DNA of 64,000 nucleotides from Lama glama (Eukaryota). The DNA lies in assembly GCA_028534125.1 (NCBI GenBank), contig CM052828.1:1178001-1242000 (forward strand), in the 5' to 3' direction. The notes under the pieces were generated by a model. The model was not told where the DNA came from, did no database searches, and saw only the letters and a list, made by a program, of their open reading frames with translations. The translations under genes were made by a program, and so were the position numbers. Of this stretch, positions 23,266 to 35,768 are shown piece after piece; position 1 is the first letter of the stretch, and each line of letters starts with the position of its first letter.

Positions 23266-24639
23266 TTTGAGACGGGTTCGAGGTCCCGTCCCGCAGGGCT
23301 GACACTTTAAGCCACACACACGCTCCACTAAAAAAAAGCAAGTGGAAGATGAAATGATACGTTAATCAAGATAAAGAGTAAGTTGGAAGTAGCACACGAA
23401 AAGGAAAATAGAAAGAGTGAAAGCGAAGGACGGGTTAAAAACAACAGACCCAAGGTCCAAGCCAAGGTCCGCGTCTGAGCTCGTCCCTCTGAAAGTGCCT
23501 GGGAAATGCTGTGTGTTTGTCATGATGGCTGACTCGATGGTCGGGACCAGAGGCCTTGAGAAGTGGGGGTGCTGCGGGCAGGCCGGCCTTCGGGCCGCAG
23601 GAGAAGTGTGTGTTTTAGCTTCAGGGATGAGTCCTCACCGCTCTGCCCCCAGGGCCCCGGGCCCTTCCTCCCCGCTTGGCCCACTCACTAGGCAGGGTCC
23701 CCTGCATCCAGCCTGTGACACAGACACTCTCCTTTCTTCCTGTCTGGGGTCACCCTCAGTGCCAAACTGCTTAGGAAACCCAAGATGCACAGCTGCGGGG
23801 ATGGGGCCGGGCAGAGGTGGTGCGGATCTGCCCCCGGTCTGCTCCGTCAGGGCCGCGCGTTTCTCAGAGAGCACGTGTCGCTTGGGAGAGAGGCCGACAC
23901 GGGTCGTGGGCAGTGAGCATCCTAGCCCTGGCAGGCCGGCTCTCAGAGGGGCCTGAGGCCTGGGGAGAGCAGGCACTGCTGTCCTCTTTCCCAGCCCCTT
24001 TCCTTGCTGTTTGCACTCAGACATTATCCTTTGTCAAAGGTGTCTGGTGAGAAGAAGTGATGGGGGTTCTCAGGTGAGCAGCTCACGGCCCAGGAACCAG
24101 CTCCCTGGACGAGCTGCCTGCGTGGCTGACATCCAACAGGGCCATATGTCATGAAATCCTAACCTGGACCCTCTGCCAAGCCACACACTGCCTCTTGTTC
24201 AGAGACAGGTGCCAGAAGACAAATCTAGCCGGGTTTGTGGGAATCGGTTGTGGTGGGGGTTCTGCCCAAATCAGAAGGTGTAAAATGTACTTCTGGTCAA
24301 ATACAAAGACAGTGGCCCACTGACCATCCATGTCCGTGGGAAGGAGCCAGGCAGGGGCAGAGCCTGGGCAGGGGTTGGGAACTCTGTGCAGTTGCTTGGT
24401 CCGTAGATCTGGGGGTGATGCGGCTGGAGAGGTGACGTGGAGGTGGCTGTACTGGTGGGTGAGTCCAGCCGTACCTCCAGCTTGTCTGCAGACCCGGCCC
24501 ACCCATAGGACCTCCTCCATCCCCAGGCACCCCCAGCCCTGTGGGGGGACCCTCTGCTCACACCCTTCGGCCCATGTGTCGATCTCCTGGGGTGACGTTC
24601 CTCCCCCTTTCAGTTACACGCACTGGGTCCAGGATCCAC

Positions 24640-25150
24640 AGTTCTGTGCGCAGGGCCGGCAGTGCTCGGGCAGAGTGCCGGCCGCGCACACGGGGGTCGG
24701 GCTGAGTACCCGCGCCAACAAGGAGGGGGGCGCAGTGAGGGGCTGACGGGGTTGAGGGGGAGGCAGCAGGGGCCAGTGGGGGCGGGGGCGGGTTTATGGA
24801 AGTGACACACGAGCTCTGGGAGGGCCTTGGGAGTAGGACAGAGTTCCAAGCAGAGGACAGCGGTCAGGGGATGACGAGACTAGGTGGGGAGGCGGGGAAG
24901 CAGACGCGCGTCGGGGGCCGGCGCGTGGCCTCGTGGGGATGGTGGGCGGGGGCGGCTGGGGGCGGGGAGAGGCGTGTGAGGGGAGATTTCTGTGAGTGAC
25001 GGGCAAGGGCAAGGCTGACTGAGCGTCAGGAGCCAGAAGGAACCGCGGCTTAAACAAGATAGAAACATGTGGAGCCCAGCAGCTGGCGTGGCGCGGCCCC
25101 CGGGCCGGCATGGCGCTCCGCTGAGTCGCGGACCCACGTTCCTCTCTCCT
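24640..25150. promoter_or_regulatory. GC/CpG-rich patch with G-runs
   Basis: High CpG content, GGGCGG boxes and multiple G3-G6 tracts. Confidence 0.45.
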
Positions 25151-25890
25151 GTTAGTCTGCGCTGTGGGCTCTTTGCCGATGGTCCAAGGTTGTAGCATCC
25201 TGTTCTAGAATCAGGAGGCAGAAAGGGACAAAGAAGAAGGGGGGGAGGGGCACACCTGTTCCATCTCTTTGAGAAGGTTCCCAGAGTCAACCACCAGGAC
25301 GCACGTTCGTTCTGTCGGCCAGAACTTAGTCCCACGGACGTCTGGTCTCCGTGCCCAGATTCCGGGCAAGGCACCAGGGTTTCTGCCACCAGGGAAGGAG
25401 GAGGGGATGGACATCCAGGGGCAGCGAGTGTACCCGCCCCGGATTGCTGGGGACCTTGCATGCAGCTTGAGAAGGACTTGCCGCGCTTTGGGGGCTATAG
25501 AGAGCTCGGAACTTTGAGTAGGGGAGTTATACAAAAAGAAGTATTTGAGGCAGGTTAATGAGCCCGCTGTGCACAGACGACCAGCTTGGAGAGAAGGAGA
25601 AGGTGGGAGGCCGGCCAGTCCAGTGTGGCACTGCCGTGGAGAGTGCAGGGCGATGCGGGCGTACGCTGGACGATGGGGACTCAAGACTTGTTGCAGAGGT
25701 AATAGAGCAGAGCTGGCCAGATGAGGGAAAGCGAAGAAAGAGTCAAAGAGGATGCAACCGTTTGAAGCCTAAATGCTTGGGAGAGTAGGACTGGCAACAT
25801 TTGAAATACAGACCAGTGAGAATTGCTGGTTCAGGGAGGGTTATGGTGGATTGAATATGTTAAATTTGAGGTTCCAGAGAGCCTTTAAAA

Positions 25891-26039
25891 ATTATTTCTT
25901 TATTATTTAATTATTTATTTTATTTTGTTGGGGGTTTGCATAATTAGGTTCATTTATTTTTAGAGAAGGTGCTGGGGATTGAACCCAGGACCTCATGCAT
26001 GCTAAGCACATGCTCTACCACTGAGCTCTACCCTCCCCC
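25891..26039 (-). mobile_element. Camelid vic-1-like SINE
   Basis: ggggattgaacccaggacctcatgcatgctaagcacatgctctaccactgagct; TSD GAGCCTTTA at 25879-25887 and 26045-26053. Confidence 0.92.
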
Positions 26040-26089
26040 TCAAGGAGCCTTTACAATGAGGCTTAAAATGAGCAGTTGAACCTTTGGGT

Positions 26090-26405
26090 CCAGCACAACG
26101 TGTAAACAGTAGCTCACATCTGGCTTTCAGGTATAGTTGCCTCGTATGGGCTTTCCCCACACAGTTAAAAAGAAACTGAATTGATTGTGCATTAATTGCT
26201 TATGAAAGTCTGCATTTCTGACTCCTCTTGAAAAACCTTAAGATTTGGGTCCCTGAGCTCTCATGCTTGCAGGACTACAGTCGGTTGGAGTTAAGGGTCC
26301 CCACTTTGCTGCGGTCTCCCCTGCTCCCTCCTGCCCTCGAGTCCAGGAGGTTATTAATGGGACCTGCTCAGCCCCTGCAGATATTGGGGTGTTTGACCCC
26401 TAGTC
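26090..26405. mobile_element. MER102-like DNA transposon
   Basis: ctgcatttctgactcctcttgaaaaaccttaagatttggg...cagtcggttggagttaag. Confidence 0.65.
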
Positions 26406-26999
26406 TAAGGTTTGGAAAAGATGTATGTTCTTCAAAAAGAGGTATGGGGACCACAGATACAGATTTGGGACCCATGATTTTAGAGAGTGAGTTGAAGTCA
26501 TTGGCACGAGGGAGACTCAGGATGGGGACAGAGTGGGAGGAGGAGAGATGGGGCTGGGAGCATGGGGCACCCACACACAGGAATCAAGGGGACCAGGGGA
26601 CCGGTGCCGTGGACTTGGAGGGCAAGGGCAGAGAGGGAGGGGAAACCCAGAGCAGAAAAACCAGAGAAACCAGGAGGGAAAAGGCTTTCGAGATGGAAAG
26701 CAGCCAATGCCAGTGCTGCAGGGGGAGGAAGAGGAGCCCCAGCCAAAGGCCATTTGCTCTGGAGATCAGAAGTTCTTGCGAGTTTCGGCAGCATGGGGAG
26801 GGCAGGAGTCACGTTGAAATACCGCTTTGATGTTCGTAATCGTCTGGGTTCATCTGCGCAGAGACACCGGGGTGCAGAGGACGGCAGGGCACACCTGGGA
26901 CTGGCTGGCTCTAAATTTCTCACTCACCTGGTGAGAGCCCGGAGGGGACTGGACGCGAGGCGGGCGGACTGCTCTCCGATGGGGAGGGCGCGTCTGTGT

Positions 27000-27170
27000 T
27001 CCGCACCTACTCGGGGCCAGCTTCTCATGTCATCCTCACAAAAACCTTGGAGGAAGGTCCCGTGATTTGCATTTTTACAGATGAGGAAACTAAAGCTCAC
27101 AGAGCTGACAGGATTTGTGCCAAGTGATTTAAACAGTGAACAAGCTGAAGAGGGAGGGTTTGAACGTGGC
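27000..27170 (-). mobile_element. MIR SINE
   Basis: catttttacagatgaggaaactaaagctcacagag core. Confidence 0.85.
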
Positions 27171-27684
27171 CACACACCAGCCACTCATGTCGCCCGGGGC
27201 AGAGCGGAGGCAGCCCCTCTCCTGTCACCTAGCCTCCGCCTGGCAGGTGACAGTCATGCCTACAGCTGCAGGAGACCTTTCTCGCCGCTTCTTGGCACTG
27301 GTCCTCCTCGCTGCATCTTGCGCTGGGTGTGCTCCCAAGTGGTCAAAGGACGTTAGGCTTTAAAGAGAAAATGACTTGTTTTGAGCTTGTTTGTACTGCT
27401 CAGTACACGAAAGGCCTTTGCTTTGTCCCAGTCACACTGACATCTCCGAGGGCTCAGTTTATCTCTGAACACTGTGTGCCATGAATAATACCCACACTGT
27501 CACCCTCAGTGGACTGGACTTCAGAACCGGTCGGAGTGCTTGCTTAATCCCACCCGCTCTGCATCCTCTGACTCTGTGGAGATGAAGACAGAGTTCAGAG
27601 TCCACGTTCTCAACATCTCCCCATTCCCTCCCTCTCTTCTCCCTTTGGGAAGTCATCAGCACCTGCATAACACTACCTGACACT

Positions 27685-27880
27685 CCTCGAGCGCCTCCCA
27701 TGTGCCAGACACCGCGAGAAACACCTTGACCTGCATGCCCTCATTTTGTTTTTCACAACAGCTCCTCCTGGTAGGTATGCTTAGGTTTACACTTTACCGG
27801 GGAAGAGAAAGAGAGGCTGGAGGGCTGGCAGATGCTGCCCAAGGTCACACCATCAGCCGCTGAGCTGGAATTGGATTTCC
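27685..27880 (-). mobile_element. MIR SINE
   Basis: catgtgccagacac...tgcccaaggtcacac...gagctggaattgga. Confidence 0.75.
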
Positions 27881-30349
27881 TCTTCCCCGTGTCACCGTGT
27901 GCCCACCACAGAATCAGCTGTTCCGGAGAGACAATGGGACAGAGTCAACTAGGGCAGCTACCAATCAGCCGTTCTTCCAGGCATCATGGTGCCTGGGCGA
28001 GATCTGCTTCTCGAATGCTGCCTTCTTCTCCTTTGGGAGATGTCTCTTCACCTTCACTTGCAATGGGGGGGCAGAGTTTCAAACTAATGATGGACCCTGA
28101 TTTCTGACCCCAGAACCAGGATGCACAGTCCAGCAGAGGACTGTTCTCTGACTTGTGCCATTGCTTATATGGAAAATTTTGCCAGGAGTAAACATGGAAG
28201 CCTTTTTGCCTCTATGCGGAATGGCTTTGCTATTGAAAAGAATAAGATGACAAAAAGAAATTGAGATCACCCTGGAAAATCTGGGGAGCCTGCTTGCTGG
28301 GCTGGCTCTTCCGTCCCTGAAACTCTAGGAAGGGCTTTGTCAGGCTGGCCCGGGCCCAGATCACTGCCCAGCTCCAAATGCAGGTGGCTGCCCCTTGGGA
28401 AAGTGGTGATGCTCCGTAATGGACCCCTCGTGTTAACAAGAAACAGGTGGGGCCGGGCCGGGGGCTTAACAAGGTACTTACCACAGTCGTCGTGCCCAGG
28501 GGTCTCTTGCTGCGACTGCTTCACAAATTTTAGTAATCTTCCCTCTACTGTTTTATGTGGCTTTTCTAAAGGGCACGGTTCTCCAGCACATTAATGCGGA
28601 TGCTAAATTTAGCTGGAAAGAACCCAACCTCTGATGCTCTGGAGCCCGGGGGAAGGCCGGCATCTCCAGGCAATAACCTACTTTTGTCGCTGTCTTCCTT
28701 GCTGGGACCTCTCCTGCCATAGAGGCTATTTGTATCTGGAGGATGTGCTGAAAGTTGCTAGAAGCCCCTCCCGCTGCAGCGAGCCGCCCCCCTGGGAGCT
28801 GCCCAGGGTAAGTGTGCAGCGAGGCATCCTTCCCAGTGACCTTGATGGGCTCTGTCCTTCCTTTGAAAACAAAAACACCAACTTGGAATTTTAATGAAAA
28901 GGCAGCGAGCGGGCTCTCAGGCTCGTGGCGCTGGCAGAGCTGCGGCTTACTGCAGTGTGGGCTTGAGGTGGCCGTGGTGAGGGCTGCGACACTGACTTAT
29001 CGGGGAAAACAGAAGCTGAATTCATCTCCAGGTTCACCAGGAGGCAGGGGCTCAGAAGGAGACCGTTTTCTTTTTGGTGCATATACGAGATGTGGTTAAA
29101 AGCACAGGGAAATCTAGACGGACAGGGCCCACAGCCGGCCCCAAGCAGGGGAGGCGTTCGGCTGACAGGCAGCATCCTGTGGTGGGAGCCATGTGGACTC
29201 ACCCGTCTTACCTCGTAGCGCTGGTCACCGAGTGATGGCGGATGAAACGGCCCGGGTTCATGGTTCAGCGTGGTTCTGGGTGCACATGTGGTTCAGCTGG
29301 CCCGTAAAATGACTTCAGTTTGCTTAAGTGGGTTGTTTTGCATTGAGAAAGTTATTTAAAGCTTTTTTAAAAATGGCATGATTGGAGCCTGTTATTGGTT
29401 TACGTTACTTGGTGAGAAGGCACATGCTGTTTCTTGCAAAGATCTCCTGAGTCCCAGACTGAAAAAATCCTCTAAATGATGGGCTCACCCACTCTGGGAT
29501 CTTCAGACACCCACTGTCTTGAGTGGGCGTGGGGTCTGGCAGCTGGAGCCCAGGTGGGCGGGGCTGCCCGGCCTCCGTCAGCAGCAGGACCCCGAGCTTC
29601 CGACACGGGCTCATTCGCGTGCTCCCCAAGGCGGTCTTCTTCCGTGGGTCGGAATCTGTGCTTGAAGGGGGTTCCCAGAGGTTTCCATGATTGAGAAGCT
29701 GTGGGAGCTCTCGGCAAGGAACTTGGGGAAACGCAGCCTAGTCGTGGGATGACAGTAACTGGGGTTTTCAGAGAGGAGGAAGGCAGAGGAGACCCTGGTG
29801 AGTCGTGTTACTTTCTCCTGCTTCTTCCGAGAGGACGTTGGGAGCGGCCAGCAACAAGGTGGGCAGCAGCTGAGGGGGGCCTGGCTGTGGGAACGGTCCA
29901 GGCATCACACCCCTTAGTCCTAACAATCGCTGAGCAGGCATTAGTGTCCCCACTTTATAAAGCGGGGAACGAGGCATGGAGCTGTCAGACCTGCCCCTGG
30001 GGGCACACAGCTATGTTCTAGAAGGTGGTAGAGACCCTGGCCAGCCCCTCCTTCCCGAGCGCCTCAGTTTCCTCTTGGGCTGTAATTGAGCAGCTGAACC
30101 CCTTACTCACCATCTGTATCCACCGAGCTGAATCCCACCCCGGCCCCGCCCACTTCTATGGCTGGAAGCAGGGGTCAGAAAGCTGGGACTACAGGCTCCA
30201 CATCGAAGCACAAGACTTGCCAGACTCCACTGGGATGTGTGGGCTGGTGTGCTACCCGCCTCTGATGGATCCCAGCACCAGAGGGAGGAGGGGGCGGGCT
30301 CTGAAGAGCTTCTGCCGCCGTTGTCACGGAGACAGGCCAGGTGGTGGGA

Positions 30350-30640
30350 TGGGGGAGGCCTGATTTATGGGATTTGCTGATTTCCCTGGTGTACGTCCTC
30401 TCATCCTGGCTGGTTCCAAACTACGCGTGGCTTAACAGCTTGCTTTGAAAGTTCCTGGACATTAGAGGGAGGGCATAGCTCAGGTGGTAGAGTGCGTGCC
30501 TAGCATGCACAAGGTCCTGGGTTCAGTCCTCAGTACCTCCTCTAAAAATACATAAGTAAATCTAATTACCCCCCTACCGCCGCCCCGGACATTTGACCAC
30601 CGAAAGCTACATATGAGCCCTTGAAATGGTCCCTGGTTAC
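30350..30640. mobile_element. MER63-like hAT DNA transposon split by a SINE
   Basis: atttgctgatttccctggtgta...aaagttcctggacatt|tgaccac...atgagccc. Confidence 0.55.
30465..30585 (+). mobile_element. Camelid vic-1-like SINE
   Basis: gggagggcatagctcaggtggtagagtgcgtgcctagcatgcacaaggtcctgggttcagt...taaatctaattacccccc; TSD GGACATT on both sides. Confidence 0.92.
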
Positions 30641-33600
30641 TGTGGACCAGCGTCTGTGCCATGCTGGTCTTCCCAGGCCTCGTTTCACACACCCCTTTGG
30701 GATGGCACCGGTCCCACTCCTGCAGATGGTCTGACTTACCTCTGTGTGTCTTGCACACATGGTACTGGGTGACACTCTGCACACAGTAGGTCTTCAGTAG
30801 CTGTTGTCTCAGGGAATGGACCTGACTGTCAGGCCCCACTCCAGCTGGGCCAACAGCTAAAGCTACACACTTGGGCCGAGCGCAGGGTGCACGCTGCTGA
30901 CGGCAGAGGAGCCAGCGCCCGAAGCCACAGTTTTTGTGTGTCCTGGGAGCGAGGACTGGTCACTGCCTAGCAGGACAAGCCTGGGTTGGCCACAGCGAGC
31001 AGAGACAGAGGGGACCCTGTGTGGAGCGAGTCTGAGGCAAGGTGACAAGGAGCAGAGGCAGGTGCTGGAGACGCGGCCGCGGCTCCACCACAGAGACGGT
31101 GTTTATGAGCACAGCATGTGGGGAGAGTGCAGAGCTGCACACTACTGCTCCCCCACCCCCCACCGGGCACACCAGGTCCAGAGCTTCCTCCCGGGGAAGG
31201 GGTGGTGTGGCGGCGGTCGTCTCCTGCTTGACCTCTAACCTGGGATGCTCAGCAGGGCTCTCATGCACATCCGACTGGTCCCCAGGAGCCCAGGGACCTG
31301 CAGAATTCGCTCCATCTCCAGCTCGAGGGGACCCCCAGTCCAGGGCTCTGTGAAGGTTCGCTCTCCGGGGGTCTTCCTGACCTGATCTGAGCTCTGATCC
31401 GCCCTTCACCCTGTAGAAAATTTTCTACGATGAAAGTCTGACCAGTGCCTTGAATGAGATCTCCCCTGTTGTCAGGGTGGTCTGTTCTTGGGAGGCATCT
31501 GCACCCCATCAGAAGCTGGAGTCCGTCTCTAGATTGGTCTCCGGCCGGTGTCCACTCATCTGCATGCCAGGCTTGCTCACTGCCCCGCTTCCCTTCCCTG
31601 GAGACAACCTGGCTCCCCTACCCCTGGGTTCCCCTCCTGGATGCAGCCCCCCTCTTCGGGTCCCTGGCTCTGGAGCTGCTCACGCCCACCTTCGTGCACC
31701 CTGTGCGGTACCTCTGCTCTGAGGCAGTGATGCCACAAAATGCCCACTGTGTAGCGGGCACAAAAATACGCTTCTAAGTCAATTCATTCAAATGAGTTAG
31801 TTACTCTTATTTGCATGTTTGCTTTAATCACGGCAAATTGGAGCCCAGGCTCCACAGCTCCCCTCAGGGTTCGCGGGGTTGCAGGAAGGGTGGGGGCAGA
31901 GGCGCGCAGGGGGCAGGGGGCTGTGGGTGTGACCAGGTCGCGGGGGATGCTCGTGGCGCCTCTGCCCCCCTTTACTATCCCCAGGACCAAACGATGACAG
32001 GTGACTGTGTGACGCACACAGCGTCTTGCTAGCAGCTGTAAATGGAGGCAGGGAACGCAGGTTCCTCGTGGGTGCGCCTGCAGCCCGGCCTCGCGCCCTG
32101 GGCGACACCTGCGGGAGCCAGCCTGGCTCTGCGCGCTGAGCCCTGGCTGTGGAGCGCGCGCCTCCGGCAGCTCATGTCCGTGAGGGGCAGGAGTTGGCAC
32201 AAACAGCTGCCGGGGAGATCAACGCCTGTGCTGCATGTAACCAGCCGCCATCCTGTCCCCCTGGAAGTGGGCCGCCGACGGGTGGGCAGGCTCCACGAGG
32301 TGATGCCGGTGCTCCGGTGCGCTGACACTGGAGGCCATGGAGCCATGTTGTGGGCAGCAGCGTTAAAAGGACGAGAAGCAACCTTCCGGGAGACCTTGGT
32401 CCTTTGCCCCACATGGCGGTTTTGGTTTTTATGCTTGCAGATGCAGTGGATCAACACATCATCTCCCCATGGCGCCTCTGGGGAAGTCCTGCCGGGGGGC
32501 TGTCTGCTCTCCGTCCTCACGGACTTCTCAAATGCTGACCCCCGGGAGTTTAGATAAGCAGACAGACCTAGAGCCTTGGCAGCTTTCTGTTTCTGGTTCA
32601 CAACTGGTGATTTCCTGTTTCAGACCAGCTTCTTTTCCACCTGCTGACATGGTCACTGGATTCCTCTGAGTTTGGGGAGAAGAGAGACTCCGTGAGGAGC
32701 CTCTTTTTAAAAAGCAACATTGCTATTTTATTTTTATGTGAGTGAGTAAATCATAGTACATTTCATGGGGACATTTAATAAAACTTTTCAATATATAGCA
32801 AATTTAAGTACGCTGCTGAGAATATAATGAACATATATTCCAAGACGGAGCCTCCCTCTGTCATCCCTGAGGAGACATATTAGTGCTTTGGTTTATCAAG
32901 AAGTCTGCACCAAACATACTTCATGGCCTCAAGATTTTTTGTCTTCATTCACTGGTATCAGAGGAAATCATTGGCTCACGAATTTATTAGGTTTCGAGGT
33001 AGGTAATCGCATGGACAGTGGTGTCAAGTGCTGTAGCGCTGAAGGTCAGTTCCATCAGATGAGAGTCTGTCACCAGCAGCCGCGGTGCTGACGTGACCGA
33101 GGAAGAGCCCACAGGTATTCGAAGGTGATGCTGTGACAAGACCCCCCTGAGTTAGCTCACTCAACCCGACTGGTCCTTCCTTTCATCATCCCCGTCCCCA
33201 GGTGAGGACACCGAGGCTTCCGTGTGCTGTGTTGGATCCCTCAGTGACAGAGCCAGGACTGAATCGGGTCATCTGATTCCAGGGCCTGCAAAAACGCTCC
33301 TCGCGAGCCCAGACGCGGATCCGCAGTGGAGCCAGCGGCACCGGGGTGAGAAGGGCCTCCGCTTGGGGTTCGGTCTTTAGGTGAAAGTGAGGTGCCCATG
33401 TCTGGTCCGCGGACTTCCTGTGACCCCATGTAGCTCGAGTATTCTGCTGGGGGCCTGGGCAGGCGGGTCCCTGCTTGGAGACCTGTGTGTGTCCCGCGGG
33501 GGGAGCTCTGGGTGTCTCACCTCCCGCCCGCACCCACTGCTTCCCCTCCTGCATCCCACATCCAAGCGGGGAGGCAGAACCCCAGGCTGTCAGGGTCCCG

Positions 33601-33691
33601 TGTGGCTGTGGCGGCCTTCTGCCTTAATGAATCCGTCATCCAAATTTTTAGAGGTTCCAGACTCTGTGGGCTATAAAACTCACTTGGGAAC

Positions 33692-34010
33692 TGTCACGGG
33701 TTGAATTGTATCCACCCCGCCCCTAATCTGTTGAGTTCTTAACTCCTGACACTTACGAATGTGACCCTGGGTCTTTGCTGGTGGAATCTAGCTAATATGA
33801 GGTCATGCTGGATTAGGGTGGATCCTACACCAATGACTGGTGTCCCGCAGCAAGAGGGAAGTTTGGACGCAGACCCAGAGGGGGAGGCCATGTGAAGACA
33901 CAGGCAGGGAGGGGAGTGATGTGTCTATGAGCCAAGGAACAGTTCTCCCCGGAAGCCAGGAGTGGGGCAAGCGAGGGCCCTCCGGGGAAGCGCGGCCAGC
34001 GCGCGGCGTT
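33692..34010 (+). mobile_element. MLT1B/C-like MaLR LTR
   Basis: tgtcacgggttgaattgt...atgaggtcatgctggattagggtgg...ccaatgactggtgtcc...ggccatgtgaagacacagg. Confidence 0.85.
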
Positions 34011-34440
34011 CTGGCCAGGAGAGGGGAACCCTTGCTGCGCTTGACCCCTCGGCGCGGGGCGCCTCGTCAGGGCGGCGGGAAAGGCCGGTCTGGGGCCTTG
34101 GCTGGAATGCGCGGCCCCGGCCCCCGGGCAGCCCCGGAGGGCTTCCGCAGCGCGGCGCCGGGCCTGCTGGCGGGGAAGGCCGCTGCGGGCGACGCGGCCC
34201 GGAGGCTGCGCCGAACTGACTCGCGCGCGGCTCACAGGTGTACGCCTCGTGACCTCAGTGAAGACTAGCGACAAGCACTATCGTTGGGGGACACAAGGGA
34301 AAACGGAAATGCGGCGCCTCCATCCAATGCCGCTGCTCTTGAACTGACGCTGTAGTTTGGCATGCTGCATCTTCTTGCTTCTTTACGTGCATAGCGACGT
34401 GCGGCCGAAAACGGGCTTCAGTGACGTGGGATTTACGAGG
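33960..34440. promoter_or_regulatory. Orphan CpG island with promoter-type motifs
   Basis: Dense CpG; CGGAAAT at 34304, CCAAT at 34324, TACGTG at 34384, TGACGTG at 34422. Confidence 0.6.
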
Positions 34441-35169
34441 AGCTCTGTGATCGAGGATAGCAGAGAAGAAGAGAAACTACACAGTCTTTTGTAAGTTTAT
34501 TTCCTAGGACAGAAAGCTGTTTATCACTGTAAATGAAAAATGAAGAAGGGTTAAAAATTCCGGCCGCTGGCTTTGTAAGAGAGGGCGTAAGAGGAATGTG
34601 CCTTGAGACCAGGTCCGGATAAGGCCCCGCTGTCCATGCACCTCTCTGGGCTCGAAGGCCAGCCCTCAGGTGCACACCTGTCTTATCTTTATTACTCTCT
34701 GTATCTTTAACATTCGAATGTTGACCTATGCAGGGGTGGGTGTGGGGCGTGGTTTTGCACCAAAAGATACAACCCTGTGGAGGTGGAAATATTTTTCCAT
34801 GACTTCAAGCTGGACTTCTGGGCTTCTGCTCATCTGTCCATTGGGGCGAGAGGAATTGCTCTGAATCCACGCCTGACACTTCCTTACTCTGCTCAGCCCC
34901 CGACCCCCGACCACGGCACCTGCTCTTCAAGTTCAAGTTCAAGTTCAAGTGCTTTAGCCCAGCAGGGGGCTCTTGGCAACTTGGGCCCGTTTTTCTCCCC
35001 AGCCTGTCCCCACAGCTCATCGCTGGGTCTTCTGCACCTTCCCTCCTCCCATGCTCTCCCGGGGCCATTTCACTGGCTGTTCTCCCCGAGACCCTCCACC
35101 GGTGTGCTTCTGCAGAATCCCAGTGAGTGGACGCTGCAGGCTTGCTCCTGTCTCCTTCCTCCAATCCGT

Positions 35170-35495
35170 GTGTTACAGACTAAAGTGTGTCCCCCTCCAG
35201 GTTCAGATGGTGAGAGCCCAGCACCCAGAGCGATGGTGTTGGGAGATGGGCCTTCGGGGTGGTGAGGTCACAAGGAGGGTGGGGCCCTCAGGAATGCGAT
35301 TAGTGCCCTTATAGAAGACACCCCTTGGAGCCTCTCATTCTTTCCACCACGTGAGGACAGTCTGTGACCTGGGAGGGGGCCCTCACCTGACCACGTCGGC
35401 ACCCCTGAACTCCAGAAGTGTGAGCAATACATTTCCGTTGTTTATAAGCCCCCAGGGGGTGGTATTTTGTGGTGCCAGCTGGGACAGACTGGGAC
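35170..35495 (+). mobile_element. MLT1A-like solo LTR
   Basis: tgttacagactaaagtgtgtcccc...gattagtgcccttatagaaga...ggtattttgtggtgccagctgggacagactgggaca. Confidence 0.85.
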
Positions 35496-35768
35496 AAGGC
35501 CTAACCCTGCATGTGGAGGCGCTAAGGGGTGATGAGGTCAAAGTGAGGTCACAAGGATGGGCCCCCAATGGGATCAGTGCCCTTGTAGAAAGTGAGAGAG
35601 ACCAGAGCTGCTTCTCTGCACTGTGTGACCATCTGCAAGCCCAGAAGAGCATCTTACCAGACCGGCTGGTGCCCTGGTCCTGGGCGTCTCATCCTCCAGG
35701 GCTGTGGGAAGTGCTGTTGTCTTAGCCGCCCAGCTTGTGCTGTTCGTAGCAGCCGAGTTGACTAAGAT
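35496..35768 (+). mobile_element. Second MLT1-type LTR (probable host of the previous one)
   Basis: aatgggatcagtgcccttgtagaaag...catctgcaagcccagaagag...gtagcagccgagttgactaaga. Confidence 0.8.

Larger units (their letters stand above)
25530..26830 (-). mobile_element. L2 LINE fragment interrupted by a SINE and a MER102-like element
   Basis: gagtcaaagaggatg..., atgttaaatttgaggt..., gatacagatttgggacccatg...gttgaagtcattgg are L2 antisense motifs. Confidence 0.75.
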
